64,000 nucleotides of DNA from Thermoplasmata archaeon (lineage in GTDB: Archaea; Thermoplasmatota; Thermoplasmata; Lutacidiplasmatales; UBA184). The position numbers and the translations under genes were made by a program. The notes beneath the pieces were generated by a model. It was given only the letters and a program-made list of their open reading frames with translations, was not told where the DNA came from and ran no database searches. Below, piece by piece: positions 26,902 through 36,191 of this stretch. Where the stretch lies: contig DATJUZ010000049.1 in assembly GCA_035502035.1 (NCBI GenBank), positions 5,475 to 69,474 on the forward strand, written 5' to 3'. Position 1 is the stretch's first letter; every line of letters begins with the position of its first letter.

Positions 26902-28022
26902 AGCTCCGTCGCATCGGCGCCGACTTTCGCGTGGTCTACCGGTCGTACACGCGCAACCCGGTCGCCCTGTTCTTCTCGCTGATCTTCCCGATCATCCTGA
27001 TCGGCCTCTTCGGCCTCATCTTCTCGGCGGTCGGCTCCTCCACGACGACCCTCTACGTCGTGAACGCCGACCACGACTCGGCTCCGAGCGTCCTCTTCCT
27101 CGCGGACCTGAACGCGACCCGGGTGGTGCACGTCCAGCTCGTGAACGTGAGCGCTAGCGACCTCGGCAGCTGGCTCGGCCGGAACGACGCACCGGTCGGC
27201 CTCGTGGTGCCGGCCGGCTTCGGCGCCGACTACGCCGCCAACCGCTCGGTGAACGTCACGGTGTATACCGACCCGCTGGACGCCGCCGACAGCGGCGCCG
27301 CCGTGGGCGCGATCGACGAGGTCGTCAACGAGTTCAACCTCGGCCACATCCGCAGCGCCTGCGGGAGCGGGCCGGGGTGCGCCCCGGTCGTCGGCGTCGC
27401 CTCCGCGCAGGTCGGCAGCGCCGTCTACTCCTACATCGACTACCTGATCCCGGGGCTGATCGGCTTCTCGATCCTGACGAGCCCGATGTTCTCGCTGGTC
27501 GACATCAGCTCCTCCTACCGGAAGGAGGGGATCTTCCGGGAGCTCTCGCTCACTCCCCTCACGCGGAGCGAGTGGCTCACCGCGCGGATCGCCTGGTACA
27601 TCGTCCTGACGTTCGTCTCCGCCGGGATCATGATCGGCACCGGGGTCTTCGTCTTCGGCGCCCACGTGACGCTCACGCTCGGCGTCCTGCCGTTCCTCGT
27701 GGTCGGCCCGTTCTTCTTCGTCTCCCTCGGGATGCTCTGCGGGTCGGCCGCCCGCACCCCGGAGAGCGCCGCGCTGATCGGCAACATCGTGACGTTCCCG
27801 ATGATGTTCCTCTCGGGGACGTTCTTCGCGGTCTCGAGCTTCCCGCCGTACCTGCAGGCGGTCGCGCACGCGCTGCCGCTCTACTACGTCATCGACGGCA
27901 TGAACCAGGTGATGCTGTTCCAGAACCTCGGCCGGGCGTTCTTCGATCTAGCGGTCGTCGTCGTCAGCTCCGGGGTCGTCTTCGCCCTCGCCGTCCGCCT
28001 GTTCCGCTGGCGGGACGAATGA
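26898..28022 (+). CDS. ABC-2 type transporter permease
   Basis: RNPVALFFSLIFP, YIDYLIPG, FPMMFLSGTFF and LPLYY motifs. The GTG overlaps the upstream stop. Confidence 0.92.
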   Translation: MKLRRIGADFRVVYRSYTRNPVALFFSLIFPIILIGLFGLIFSAVGSSTTTLYVVNADHDSAPSVLFLADLNATRVVHVQLVNVSASDLGSWLGRNDAPVGLVVPAGFGADYAANRSVNVTVYTDPLDAADSGAAVGAIDEVVNEFNLGHIRSACGSGPGCAPVVGVASAQVGSAVYSYIDYLIPGLIGFSILTSPMFSLVDISSSYRKEGIFRELSLTPLTRSEWLTARIAWYIVLTFVSAGIMIGTGVFVFGAHVTLTLGVLPFLVVGPFFFVSLGMLCGSAARTPESAALIGNIVTFPMMFLSGTFFAVSSFPPYLQAVAHALPLYYVIDGMNQVMLFQNLGRAFFDLAVVVVSSGVVFALAVRLFRWRDE

Positions 28023-28549
28023 CGGCTCCGGACGCGCCGGTCGACCCCGCCGCCTTCCGCAGCGCGATGGGACGGTGGGCGACCGGCGTGAGCGTCGTCA
28101 CCGCCCACGCCGGGGGGGTCGACGCCGGGCTCACGGTCAACGCCCTCCTCTCGGTCGCCCTCGCGCCGCCGACGCTCCTCGTGAGCCTGCAGCGCGACGT
28201 CGAGGCGCTGCCGGTCCTCCGCGCGAGCGGACGGTTCGCGGTCAGCCTGCTCGCCGCCGACCAGCGGGAGCTCAGCGTCCGCTTCGCCGCGGCGGTCCCG
28301 TCCGTCGAGAAATTCCGCGGGCTCGCCTTCCACCGCGGGGCGACCGGGGCCCCCCTGCTGGACGGGGCGCTCGCCGTCTTCGAGTGCCGTCGTCTCTCCG
28401 AGACCGCGGCGTTCGACCACGTGCTCGTCGTCGGGGAGGTCGTCCGCCTCGAGGCCGGCCCGGACCGGGCCCCGCTCCTGTTCTACCGCGGAGCCTACGC
28501 CGACGAGGAGGCGCCGGGGCGCCTCGCGCTCGGCCGGCGCGGCCCGTAG
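28019..28549 (+). CDS. Flavin reductase family protein (HpaC/RutF-like)
   Basis: FRSAMGRWATGVSVVT, GLTVN and DHVLVVGEV..PLLFYRG motifs. Confidence 0.92.
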   Translation: MTAPDAPVDPAAFRSAMGRWATGVSVVTAHAGGVDAGLTVNALLSVALAPPTLLVSLQRDVEALPVLRASGRFAVSLLAADQRELSVRFAAAVPSVEKFRGLAFHRGATGAPLLDGALAVFECRRLSETAAFDHVLVVGEVVRLEAGPDRAPLLFYRGAYADEEAPGRLALGRRGP

Positions 28550-28631
28550 GAAGCCGGCGTTCCGGCCAGGGGTGGCGTCGCCGCCAGCGGCCCCGCCGCC
28601 GCTTTAACCCGGTCGGGCCGTCATCGCCCCG

Positions 28632-29603
28632 ATGGCCGTGGTCCGCTCGCCGGTGGCCCTCGCGATCGTCGGGAGCGGTCCGGCCGGGCTCACCGCGGCG
28701 CTCTACGCCGCGCGGGCGGAGCTCGCGCCGCTCGTGATCGCCGGCGTCCCCGCGGGCGGCCAGCTGCTGGTCACGACCGACGTCGAGAACTACCCCGGCT
28801 TTCCGGAGCCCGTGATGGGACCGGAGCTCATCGAGCGGATGCGGCGGCAGGCCGAGCGGTTCGGCGCGGAGTTCCTGGACGACAACGTCGCCTCCGTCGG
28901 GTTCGGGGAGCGCCCGTTCACGTTGCGCACGGGCACCCATGGCACGGTTCGAGCCGACGCCGTCATCGTCGCGACGGGGGCGAACGCGCGGTGGCTGGGT
29001 CTTCCTTCCGAGAAGCGGCTGCTCGGGCACGGCGTCAGCGCCTGCGCGACGTGCGACGGGTTCTTCTTCAAGGGCCGCGAACTCGTCGTCGTCGGCGGCG
29101 GGGACACCGCGATGGAGGAGGCGCTCTTCCTCACGAAGTTCGCGAACACCGTCACGGTCGTGCACCGCCGCGACCGTCTCCGGGCCAGCACGATCATGCA
29201 GGAGCGCGCCCGGCGCCACCCGAAGATCACGCTCCGCCTCAACAGCGAGGTCGTCGACGTCCTGGGGGAGGGGTCGGTGGAGCGCGTGCGGCTGCGCGAC
29301 ACGCGGACCGGCGCCACGAGCGAGCTCGCCGCCGGCGGGCTGTTCGTCGCGATAGGGCACGTGCCGGCGACCGAGGTCCTCCGGGGGGCGCTCGAGCTGG
29401 ACGAGCAGGGGTACGTCCGGACGCACGACGGGACGCGGACGAGCGTCGACGGCGTCTTCGCCGCCGGGGACGTCCGGGACCACCGGTACCGGCAGGCGGT
29501 GACGGCCGCGGGCGACGGGTGCATGGCCGCGATCGACGCCGAGCGGTGGCTCGCGGAGCCGGGCCACGCGAGCGGACCGGCCCGGCCGGCCGCCGCCGGC
29601 TGA
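28632..29603 (+). CDS. trxB: Thioredoxin-disulfide reductase
   Basis: [33 protein letters not shown] and FAAGDV motifs. Confidence 0.96.
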   Translation: MAVVRSPVALAIVGSGPAGLTAALYAARAELAPLVIAGVPAGGQLLVTTDVENYPGFPEPVMGPELIERMRRQAERFGAEFLDDNVASVGFGERPFTLRTGTHGTVRADAVIVATGANARWLGLPSEKRLLGHGVSACATCDGFFFKGRELVVVGGGDTAMEEALFLTKFANTVTVVHRRDRLRASTIMQERARRHPKITLRLNSEVVDVLGEGSVERVRLRDTRTGATSELAAGGLFVAIGHVPATEVLRGALELDEQGYVRTHDGTRTSVDGVFAAGDVRDHRYRQAVTAAGDGCMAAIDAERWLAEPGHASGPARPAAAG

Positions 29604-29682
29604 GCCCGCGACCGGGGGCCCCGTGCCCCTCGCCGGGAGCCTTTATGTGCGTCGGGCCCGCTGTCCGCGCGGGTACCGGCGG

Positions 29683-29874
29683 GTGCCGAACAAGAAGAGC
29701 CTGCACATCGAGTCGAGCGGCCAGCTCTGCATCTACTGCGGGGCGTGCGTCGGGATCTGCCCGCTCAACTGCATCTACCTGGACGAGACGCGGATCACCT
29801 TCGACGAGAAGGTCTGCACGCGCTGCGAGGTCTGCGTGAAGGCCTGCCCGGTCGGGGCGATCGAGATCGGCTAG
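29683..29874 (+). CDS. 2[4Fe-4S] ferredoxin
   Basis: CIYCGACVGICP and CTRCEVCVKACP motifs. GTG at 29683 chosen as start. Confidence 0.92.
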   Translation: MPNKKSLHIESSGQLCIYCGACVGICPLNCIYLDETRITFDEKVCTRCEVCVKACPVGAIEIG

Positions 29875-29893
29875 GCGCCCGGGACGGCCCGCG

Positions 29894-31084
29894 ATGGCTC
29901 AGGATCTCTCGACCGACGTGCTGGTGATCGGCGGCGGCCCCGCCGGCGCCATGACCGCGAAGTGGGCGGCCCGCCAGGGGGCATCCGTCCTCCTCATCGA
30001 GAAGCGCCAGGAGATCGGCAGCCCGGTGCGCTGCGGCGAGGGGATGAGCAAGGAGTGGCTCGCCGAGGTCGGCATCAAGCCGGGCCGCTGGATCAACGTC
30101 GAGGTCGAGGGGGCCCGCATCTACTCCCCGAGCGAGAAGGTCTTTGAGATCAACGAAAAGCATGCCGGCAACGAGGTCGGCTACGTGGTCGAGCGCGACG
30201 AGTTCGACAAGCAGCTCGCGATCGACGCGGCCAACGCCGGGGTCGAGATCCGCCTGAAGACGGCGGCCGTCGCGATGCTCCGCGAGGGCGGACGCATCGT
30301 CGGCGCCCGGGTGAAGCAGTTCGGCGAGGCGTACGACGTCCGCGCGAAGGTGACCGTCGGCGCCGACGGCTTCGAGAGCCAGGTCGGACGCTGGGCGGGG
30401 ATCTCGACCAACATCGCGATGCGCGACATGGACACGTGCCTGCAGTACCGCATGACGAACGTCGGCAGCGACGTCCGCTACTGCGACTTCTACCTCGGCA
30501 AGGTCGCCCCCGGCGGCTACGTCTGGGTCTTCCCGAAGGGCGACGGGCTCGCCAACGTCGGGATCGGCGTCCAGGTCAGCCAGGTGTCGAGCCCGGCCGA
30601 CGCCCGGACCTACCTCGACCGGTGGATCGCCCACCACCCCGAGTACGCGAAGGGCAAGAAGATCGACATGGTCGGCGGCGGGGTCTCGATCTCGGCGCCG
30701 CTGAAGCAGACCGTCACCGACGGCCTCATGCTCGTCGGCGACGCCGCCCGGATGATCGACCCGCTGACCGGCGGGGGGATCGCGAACGGCTGCATCGCCG
30801 GCAAGATCTGCGGCACGGTCGCCGCCGACGCGGCCGCGGCCGGGGACGTCTCGAAGGAGTTCCTCCAGCGGTACGAGAAGGGCTGGAGGGCGCGGCTCGA
30901 GGAGAAGCTCTACCGCAACTGGCTCGCGAAGGAGAAGCTCGTCACCCTCAGCGACGAGACGTTCGACAAGATCGTCGAGGTGCTCTCGGGCGTCAAGCTC
31001 GAGAAGCTCAACGTCCACAACATCCTCAAGGCGGTCCACACGAAGTACCCCGAGGTGACGAAGGAGTTCGAGGCGTTCCTCTGA
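29894..31084 (+). CDS. Digeranylgeranylglycerophospholipid reductase (geranylgeranyl reductase)
   Basis: GGGPAG, PVRCGE, PGGYVWVFPKG and VGDAARMIDPLTGGGI motifs. Confidence 0.93.
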   Translation: MAQDLSTDVLVIGGGPAGAMTAKWAARQGASVLLIEKRQEIGSPVRCGEGMSKEWLAEVGIKPGRWINVEVEGARIYSPSEKVFEINEKHAGNEVGYVVERDEFDKQLAIDAANAGVEIRLKTAAVAMLREGGRIVGARVKQFGEAYDVRAKVTVGADGFESQVGRWAGISTNIAMRDMDTCLQYRMTNVGSDVRYCDFYLGKVAPGGYVWVFPKGDGLANVGIGVQVSQVSSPADARTYLDRWIAHHPEYAKGKKIDMVGGGVSISAPLKQTVTDGLMLVGDAARMIDPLTGGGIANGCIAGKICGTVAADAAAAGDVSKEFLQRYEKGWRARLEEKLYRNWLAKEKLVTLSDETFDKIVEVLSGVKLEKLNVHNILKAVHTKYPEVTKEFEAFL

Positions 31085-31100
31085 ACGCCCCGCCCCGCGC

Positions 31101-31724
31101 ATGCCCGGAGCGCCGAACCGACCCCCCGAGATCGCCGGCGCGGCCCCTCCGGCCCCCCCGGCGGCCGAACCGCCGGAGGTGAAGCTGCTGCGCCGCCTCG
31201 TCCCCTCCCACGTCGCGCTGCTCCAGGAGTCCTGGAAGGGCGGCGTGCCGCCCGAGGTCGTCGCCCCGTACGAGAAGGCGCTCGGCGCCTTCCGCTCCGG
31301 CGACCTCGCCACCGCCGCGACGTCGCTCGACCAGCTCAGCATCCGCTTCGCCGAGCCGCGGTGGCCGTCGCTCGCCGAGCCGTTCAAGCGCCTCCGCGTC
31401 CCGATCCCCGCCCCGGTCCCTCCCCACTGGGACCCGGACCACGCCCTGGAGGCGTCGGAGAAGGAGGCACGCCGGGCGCGCCGCGTCGCCGAAGAGCAGC
31501 TCCTCCTCGCCGAGGGGAGCGTCCGGTGGGCCGCCGCCCACGGGATCGACGCGGCCGCGCTCGAAGCCCCCCTCGCGGCCGCGCGGGCGGCGCTGGTCCA
31601 GCCGGGGGTCCCGGCCGAGTTCTACGCCGCGATCGATGGCGTCTGGCGCGATCTCGAGCCGCGCCTGCCGCCGCCGGGACGCGCCGGGAAGGCGCCGGCC
31701 GTCGCCCCCGCCGACGACGCCTAG
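31101..31724 (+). CDS. Hypothetical helical protein
   Basis: Co-oriented ORF filling the gap between GGR and DUF1028, with natural-looking composition. Confidence 0.65.
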   Translation: MPGAPNRPPEIAGAAPPAPPAAEPPEVKLLRRLVPSHVALLQESWKGGVPPEVVAPYEKALGAFRSGDLATAATSLDQLSIRFAEPRWPSLAEPFKRLRVPIPAPVPPHWDPDHALEASEKEARRARRVAEEQLLLAEGSVRWAAAHGIDAAALEAPLAAARAALVQPGVPAEFYAAIDGVWRDLEPRLPPPGRAGKAPAVAPADDA

Positions 31725-31788
31725 GCCGTCGGGGGCCCGGAGCGACCGCGGGACAGCTTAATCGCCCGGGGCGGGTCGGCCGACCGGC

Positions 31789-32787
31789 ATGCTCGCGCCC
31801 CGGTTCGGAACGTTCTCGATCGTCGCCCACGACCCCGAGACCGGTTCCTGGGGGGTCGCCGTCCAGTCGAAGTTCATCGCCGTCGGCTCGATTGTCCCCT
31901 CAGCCTGGCCCGGCGTCGGGGCGGTCGCCAACCAGGCGCTCCCGAACCTGGCCTACGGTGCCGAGGCCCAGCGCCTGCTTGCCGGCGGGGCGAGCGCCGA
32001 GGAGGTCGTCCGCGCGCTGACCGCCTCCGACCCGCAGCGCGAGGAGCGGCAGCTCGGGGTCGTCGACGCGAAGGGTCGCGCCGCCGCCCACACCGGAAAG
32101 GCCTGCTTCGACTGGGCCGGCCACGAGGTCGGCCCGGGGTTCTCCTGCCAGGGGAACACCCTCTTCGGCCCGGACGTCGTCCGCGCGATGGCGCGCGCCT
32201 ACGCGTCGACCGGCGGGGACATCCTCGACCGGCTCCTCGCCTCGCTCGCCGCCGGCCAACGGGAGGGAGGGGACCGCCGCGGGATGCAGTCGGCGGCGCT
32301 CCTGGTCGTGCGCCGCGGGGCCGGCTACGGCGGCAGCGACCGCTGGGTCGACCTGCGGGTCGACGACCACCCGAGCCCGATCGAGGAGCTCGTCCGGGTC
32401 TTCCGGCTCTACGACCTCTCGATGCTGTCGCGGGAGGACCCGACCTCGCGCCGCCGGCTCGAGGGGGAGGTCGCGGCAGCGGTGCAGCACGACCTCGCGG
32501 TCCTCGGCTACTACACCGGCCGGCTCAACGGCAGCTGGGACGCTCCGAGCCGCGCGGCGTTCGTGCGGTTCGTCGGCGAGCACAACTTCGAAGGGAAGCA
32601 GGGCGACGACGGGACGATCTGGCCGTCGGTCCTGCGCTACCTGCGGGAACGCGCGGCGGCGGAGACGACCCGACGCACGCGGACCGCGCCGATCGTGCCC
32701 GGAGCGCTGGAACGCGGACCGGGCGCTGCGCCGCCAGGAGGAAGCGCATCCCCGCCGCGTCGACCCGACGCCCCGAGCTCCGACTGA
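31789..32787 (+). CDS. DUF1028 (Ntn-hydrolase-like) protein with C-terminal putative PG-binding-type domain
   Basis: TFSIVAHD, GVAVQSKF, RQLGVVD, GGDRRGMQSAAL and DLRVDDHPSP motifs. Confidence 0.9.
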   Translation: MLAPRFGTFSIVAHDPETGSWGVAVQSKFIAVGSIVPSAWPGVGAVANQALPNLAYGAEAQRLLAGGASAEEVVRALTASDPQREERQLGVVDAKGRAAAHTGKACFDWAGHEVGPGFSCQGNTLFGPDVVRAMARAYASTGGDILDRLLASLAAGQREGGDRRGMQSAALLVVRRGAGYGGSDRWVDLRVDDHPSPIEELVRVFRLYDLSMLSREDPTSRRRLEGEVAAAVQHDLAVLGYYTGRLNGSWDAPSRAAFVRFVGEHNFEGKQGDDGTIWPSVLRYLRERAAAETTRRTRTAPIVPGALERGPGAAPPGGSASPPRRPDAPSSD

Positions 32788-33023
32788 CCGTCCGGGTCCG
32801 GGCCGACTGCGGCGCCGCGGCCGCCGCACGCGCGCTGCGGGCGGCGGTCCTGCCGGACACCCCGTCGTTCGTTCGGCTCACGGTGCGGGGGACCGCCCTC
32901 GAGGTCCGCCTCGAGGCGACCTCCGCGGCGAGCGCCCGCGCGACGCTGGACGACCTGCTCGCGTGCCTGAAGGCCGCCGAGCGGCTCGCGCCGCTACGGC
33001 GGGCCGGCCGCGCGCAGGGCTAG
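32784..33023 (+). CDS. pcc1: KEOPS complex subunit Pcc1 (not in the supplied ORF track; probable CTG start)
   Basis: Translated by hand: LTVRVRADCGAAAAARALRAAVLPDTPSFVRLTVRGTALEVRLEATSAASARATLDDLLACLKAAERL. This fits the Pcc1 pattern (L.PD ... R...DD.L..L..AE). Confidence 0.75.
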   Translation: MTVRVRADCGAAAAARALRAAVLPDTPSFVRLTVRGTALEVRLEATSAASARATLDDLLACLKAAERLAPLRRAGRAQG

Positions 33024-34814
33024 CGCGACCGGCTCGACGAGCGCCGGGACCACCGCCTCCAGCTCTCCGACGATCCCGACGTCCGCATCAGCGAAGACCG
33101 GCGCCTCCGGGTCGCGGTTGACGGCGACGACCGTCCCGGCCCGGCGCCAGCCGACCATGTGGTTGACCGCCCCGCGCACGCCGAGCAGTACGGCGAGGCG
33201 GGGGGCCAGGAGGCGGCCGGTGAGGCCGAGCTGTGCCCGCACCGGCAGCCACCCCGCGTCGACGACCCGACGCGTCCCGACGAGCGCGGCGTCCCAACGC
33301 TCGAGGAGGGGGCCGAGGGCCGCGATGCGCTCCGGACCCCCGATCCCCGCCCCGACCGCGACGACGACCTCGGCCCCGTCGGGCGAACGGCCCGCGACCG
33401 GCTCGTCGACCGCGCTCTCCCGGGCCAGCCGTCCGATCGGGGAAGGCACACGGATCCGGTGCCAGGCCCAGCCGTCGCCCGGTCGGCCCTCCCCGGACGG
33501 AACGGAGGCGCCGGGCGGCATCGTGACGACCGTCGGGGACGAGCGCGATCGGACCGCCGCGACGGTCCGGCCGCCGAACGACGGTTTCGTCCACTCGAGC
33601 GGCCCGTCCGGGGCGACCCGGACCTCGAGCGCGTCGCCGACCGCGCCGAGCCGGCGCCGACCGGCGAGCAGCCCTGCGGCCTCGCGCCCGAACGGGGTCG
33701 ACGGAGCGACCAGGGCCGCCAGCTTCGGCCGCTCGTCGAGCAGGCGGTCGAGGCCGTCGCTGACGTCCCGCACATCGAACCTCGCCCCCTCCGTGTCGAG
33801 ATGGAACCCGCCCAGCGCGCCGGCCCGCTCCAGCGCCGCCGAGCCTCCGAGGTCGGGGGCCGGGCCGTAGACGACCGCCGTGACCGTGTGATCCGGCAGC
33901 GCGTGCCGAAGGGTGGAGAGCGTCCCGACGGTCGACGGGTCGATCCGGCCGGTGTCGTCCGAGACGAGGACCGCGATCTCCCGCGATGCCTCGAAGGCGG
34001 GCGGCCACGGGAGCGGAGGGGGCCCCGGATGCCGCACGAGCAGGGGCGCGAGCGCCTCGACCGCGGCCCGCACCCGATCGGCGACGCTCCCCCCGGCGCA
34101 TCGCCGGCCTTCACGGTGGGAATCGACGTCGGCGACCGACGCCACGCGCGTCGGGGAAGCGAACTCCCCGACCTCGCCGTCGCCGAGGCCCAGGTCGACC
34201 GGGGCGAGCGTCCGGATCGACCCGTCGTCGACGGCGCGCATCGCCTCCTCGCTCACGTGGAGCGGCTTGCCGATCTTCTCGCCGACCGCGACGACGGCCG
34301 GCGGGACGAGGCGGACGGTCGCGTGGCCCCGCGCGGTCTCGTGGACGATCTCGAGGGGCTCCGGGCCGTCCCCACGACGCACCGCACGCGCCCCCGTGAC
34401 GAGCGGCACGTCGAGCAGGGCGGCGACCTCCGGGCCGACGAGGCCGGTGTCGCTGTCGGTCGAGCGGCTGCCGGCGAGGACCAGGTCGGCCCGCAGGCCG
34501 CGGAGCGCGGCGGCGAGCACGGAGGCGGTCGCGAGGACGTCCGAGCCCGCGAACGCGGGAGCGCAGAGATGGAGCGCGCGGTCGGCGCCGAGCGCGACCG
34601 CCTCGCGCAGCAGCGGGCGGACGGACGGCGGTCCGAGCGCCACGACCGTCAGCCGCTCGGGAACGCGCCGCAGCGCGAGCCCGACGCGCAGCGCGCGCTG
34701 GTCGAACGGGTTCGCGACGAGCTCGACGGACTCCCGCGCCACCGCGCGCCGGACCGGGTCGTAGCGCAGCTCCTCCGAGAGCGGCACCCCCTTCAGTAGG
34801 ACCGCGAGCTCCAC
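32994..34814 (-). CDS. Fused electron transfer flavoprotein beta-alpha subunit (EtfB-EtfA)
   Basis: N-half has NPFD, GADRALHL and AGSRSTDSDTGLVGP. C-half has KPSFGG, GTRRVVDAGWLP..QLGLTG and AVNRDPEAPVF. Confidence 0.85.
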   Translation of the reverse strand: MELAVLLKGVPLSEELRYDPVRRAVARESVELVANPFDQRALRVGLALRRVPERLTVVALGPPSVRPLLREAVALGADRALHLCAPAFAGSDVLATASVLAAALRGLRADLVLAGSRSTDSDTGLVGPEVAALLDVPLVTGARAVRRGDGPEPLEIVHETARGHATVRLVPPAVVAVGEKIGKPLHVSEEAMRAVDDGSIRTLAPVDLGLGDGEVGEFASPTRVASVADVDSHREGRRCAGGSVADRVRAAVEALAPLLVRHPGPPPLPWPPAFEASREIAVLVSDDTGRIDPSTVGTLSTLRHALPDHTVTAVVYGPAPDLGGSAALERAGALGGFHLDTEGARFDVRDVSDGLDRLLDERPKLAALVAPSTPFGREAAGLLAGRRRLGAVGDALEVRVAPDGPLEWTKPSFGGRTVAAVRSRSSPTVVTMPPGASVPSGEGRPGDGWAWHRIRVPSPIGRLARESAVDEPVAGRSPDGAEVVVAVGAGIGGPERIAALGPLLERWDAALVGTRRVVDAGWLPVRAQLGLTGRLLAPRLAVLLGVRGAVNHMVGWRRAGTVVAVNRDPEAPVFADADVGIVGELEAVVPALVEPVALALRAAGPP

Positions 34815-34873
34815 GGACGGACCGCTGTCGCTGGCCGCGGGCCGATATGAGGGCCCGGACGGTCCCTCGAGGC

Positions 34874-35707
34874 ATGGCGGGAGGGGACGGTCGCCCGGCG
34901 GGCGGCCCGCCTCCCTCGGTCGCTCGCTACGCGATCGGCGTCATCGTCCTCGTCGGGGCGATCGCGAGCCAGTACGTCCTCCCGCAGCACGTCGCGGCCT
35001 TCCGGGCCGTCTACGGCACGCTCGTCGGCGACGTCGCGGTCGTCTACCTCCTGCCCGTCCTCGTCTTCGCCCTGCTCGTCGGCGCGGGACCGCTGCGGGG
35101 GTGGCGGGCCCACTTCGCGATCGCGGTCCCGCGGGGGCTCGGGTGGTACGGGGTGCTGAGCCTGCTCGCGCTGGTCGTGCTGTTCGTCTCGGCGCTCGTC
35201 TATCTCGCGGTCGACCCCGGCGCCCTCCGGCTGCTCGATCGGCCGAACCCGGCGCTGGAGGCGGCGCGGGGCGACCCGTGGTTCTTCGTCGGCTTCTCGT
35301 TCGTCGTCGGGGCGTTCGAGGAGACGCTGTTCCGGGGCTGGGTCTTCGGCTACTGGCTCGCCCGCCGGACCCCCTGGCTGCTGCCGGCCCTGCTGTCGAG
35401 CGCGCTGTTCGCGGCGGTCCACCTCTACTACGGCACGACCTACGGCGCGGCGGCCCCGCTCGTCTTCCCGACGCTGTTCCTCATCGGCTTCGCGTTCGCG
35501 GCGACGTACCGCGACGCCGGGGGGAACCTGGTCGTCCCGGCGCTCCTGCACGGCGCCAACGACGCCGCGGCGTACCTGACGCTCGTCTCGCTTCTCGCCG
35601 GCGAGGCGCTCCACTGGACCGTCGTCCTGGTCGGCGCCCTCGTCATGCTCGTGCTCTGGGCGCTCCGTCCGAGGGGGGCGCTGCCGGCCCCGGCGCTGCC
35701 GTCCTGA
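34874..35707 (+). CDS. CPBP (CAAX/Abi) family intramembrane metalloprotease
   Basis: EETLFRG, FAAVH and LHGAND motifs, multi-TM. Confidence 0.9.
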   Translation: MAGGDGRPAGGPPPSVARYAIGVIVLVGAIASQYVLPQHVAAFRAVYGTLVGDVAVVYLLPVLVFALLVGAGPLRGWRAHFAIAVPRGLGWYGVLSLLALVVLFVSALVYLAVDPGALRLLDRPNPALEAARGDPWFFVGFSFVVGAFEETLFRGWVFGYWLARRTPWLLPALLSSALFAAVHLYYGTTYGAAAPLVFPTLFLIGFAFAATYRDAGGNLVVPALLHGANDAAAYLTLVSLLAGEALHWTVVLVGALVMLVLWALRPRGALPAPALPS

Positions 35708-35755
35708 GCCGCCCCGGGCGACAGGGTCATCTATCGACGGTCGTCGCTCCGCCCG

Positions 35756-36181
35756 ATGAATCCGCCGGACGACGAGCTGCGTCGGCTGCTGACCGGGGCG
35801 CGCACGCTCGCCGTCATCGGGCTCTCCGACAAGCCGGAGCGGGACTCGAACGAGGTCGCCCGTTACCTGCGGTCGCAGGGGTATCGGATCGTGCCGGTCA
35901 ACCCCGCGCTCCCCGAGGTCCTCGGGGAGCGGTCCTACCCGTCGCTCGCGGCGATCCCGCCGGACGTGCGGGTCGACATCGCGGTCGTCTTCCGCAAGAG
36001 CGAGGCGGTGCCGCCCATCGTGGACGAGGCGATCGCGCGACGGGTGCCGGTGCTCTGGATGCAGCTGGGGGTCGAGCATCCCGAGGCGGCGGCCCGAGCT
36101 CGCTCCCGGGGCGTCGTGGTCGTCGAGAACCTTTGCACGATGGCGACCCACCGTCGCCTCCAGCTCGGGCGGGTCGCCTAG
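35756..36181 (+). CDS. CoA-binding protein (YccU-like)
   Basis: AVIGLSDKPERDS, GYRIVPVNP, LWMQLG and VVENLC motifs. Confidence 0.92.
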   Translation: MNPPDDELRRLLTGARTLAVIGLSDKPERDSNEVARYLRSQGYRIVPVNPALPEVLGERSYPSLAAIPPDVRVDIAVVFRKSEAVPPIVDEAIARRVPVLWMQLGVEHPEAAARARSRGVVVVENLCTMATHRRLQLGRVA

Positions 36182-36191
36182 GCGCGGGTCG

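Noticed and set aside
32440..32660. PG-binding-like domain as evidence of peptidoglycan
   Set aside because: This is a common appendage of DUF1028 proteins, and there are no cell-wall synthesis genes in the window.
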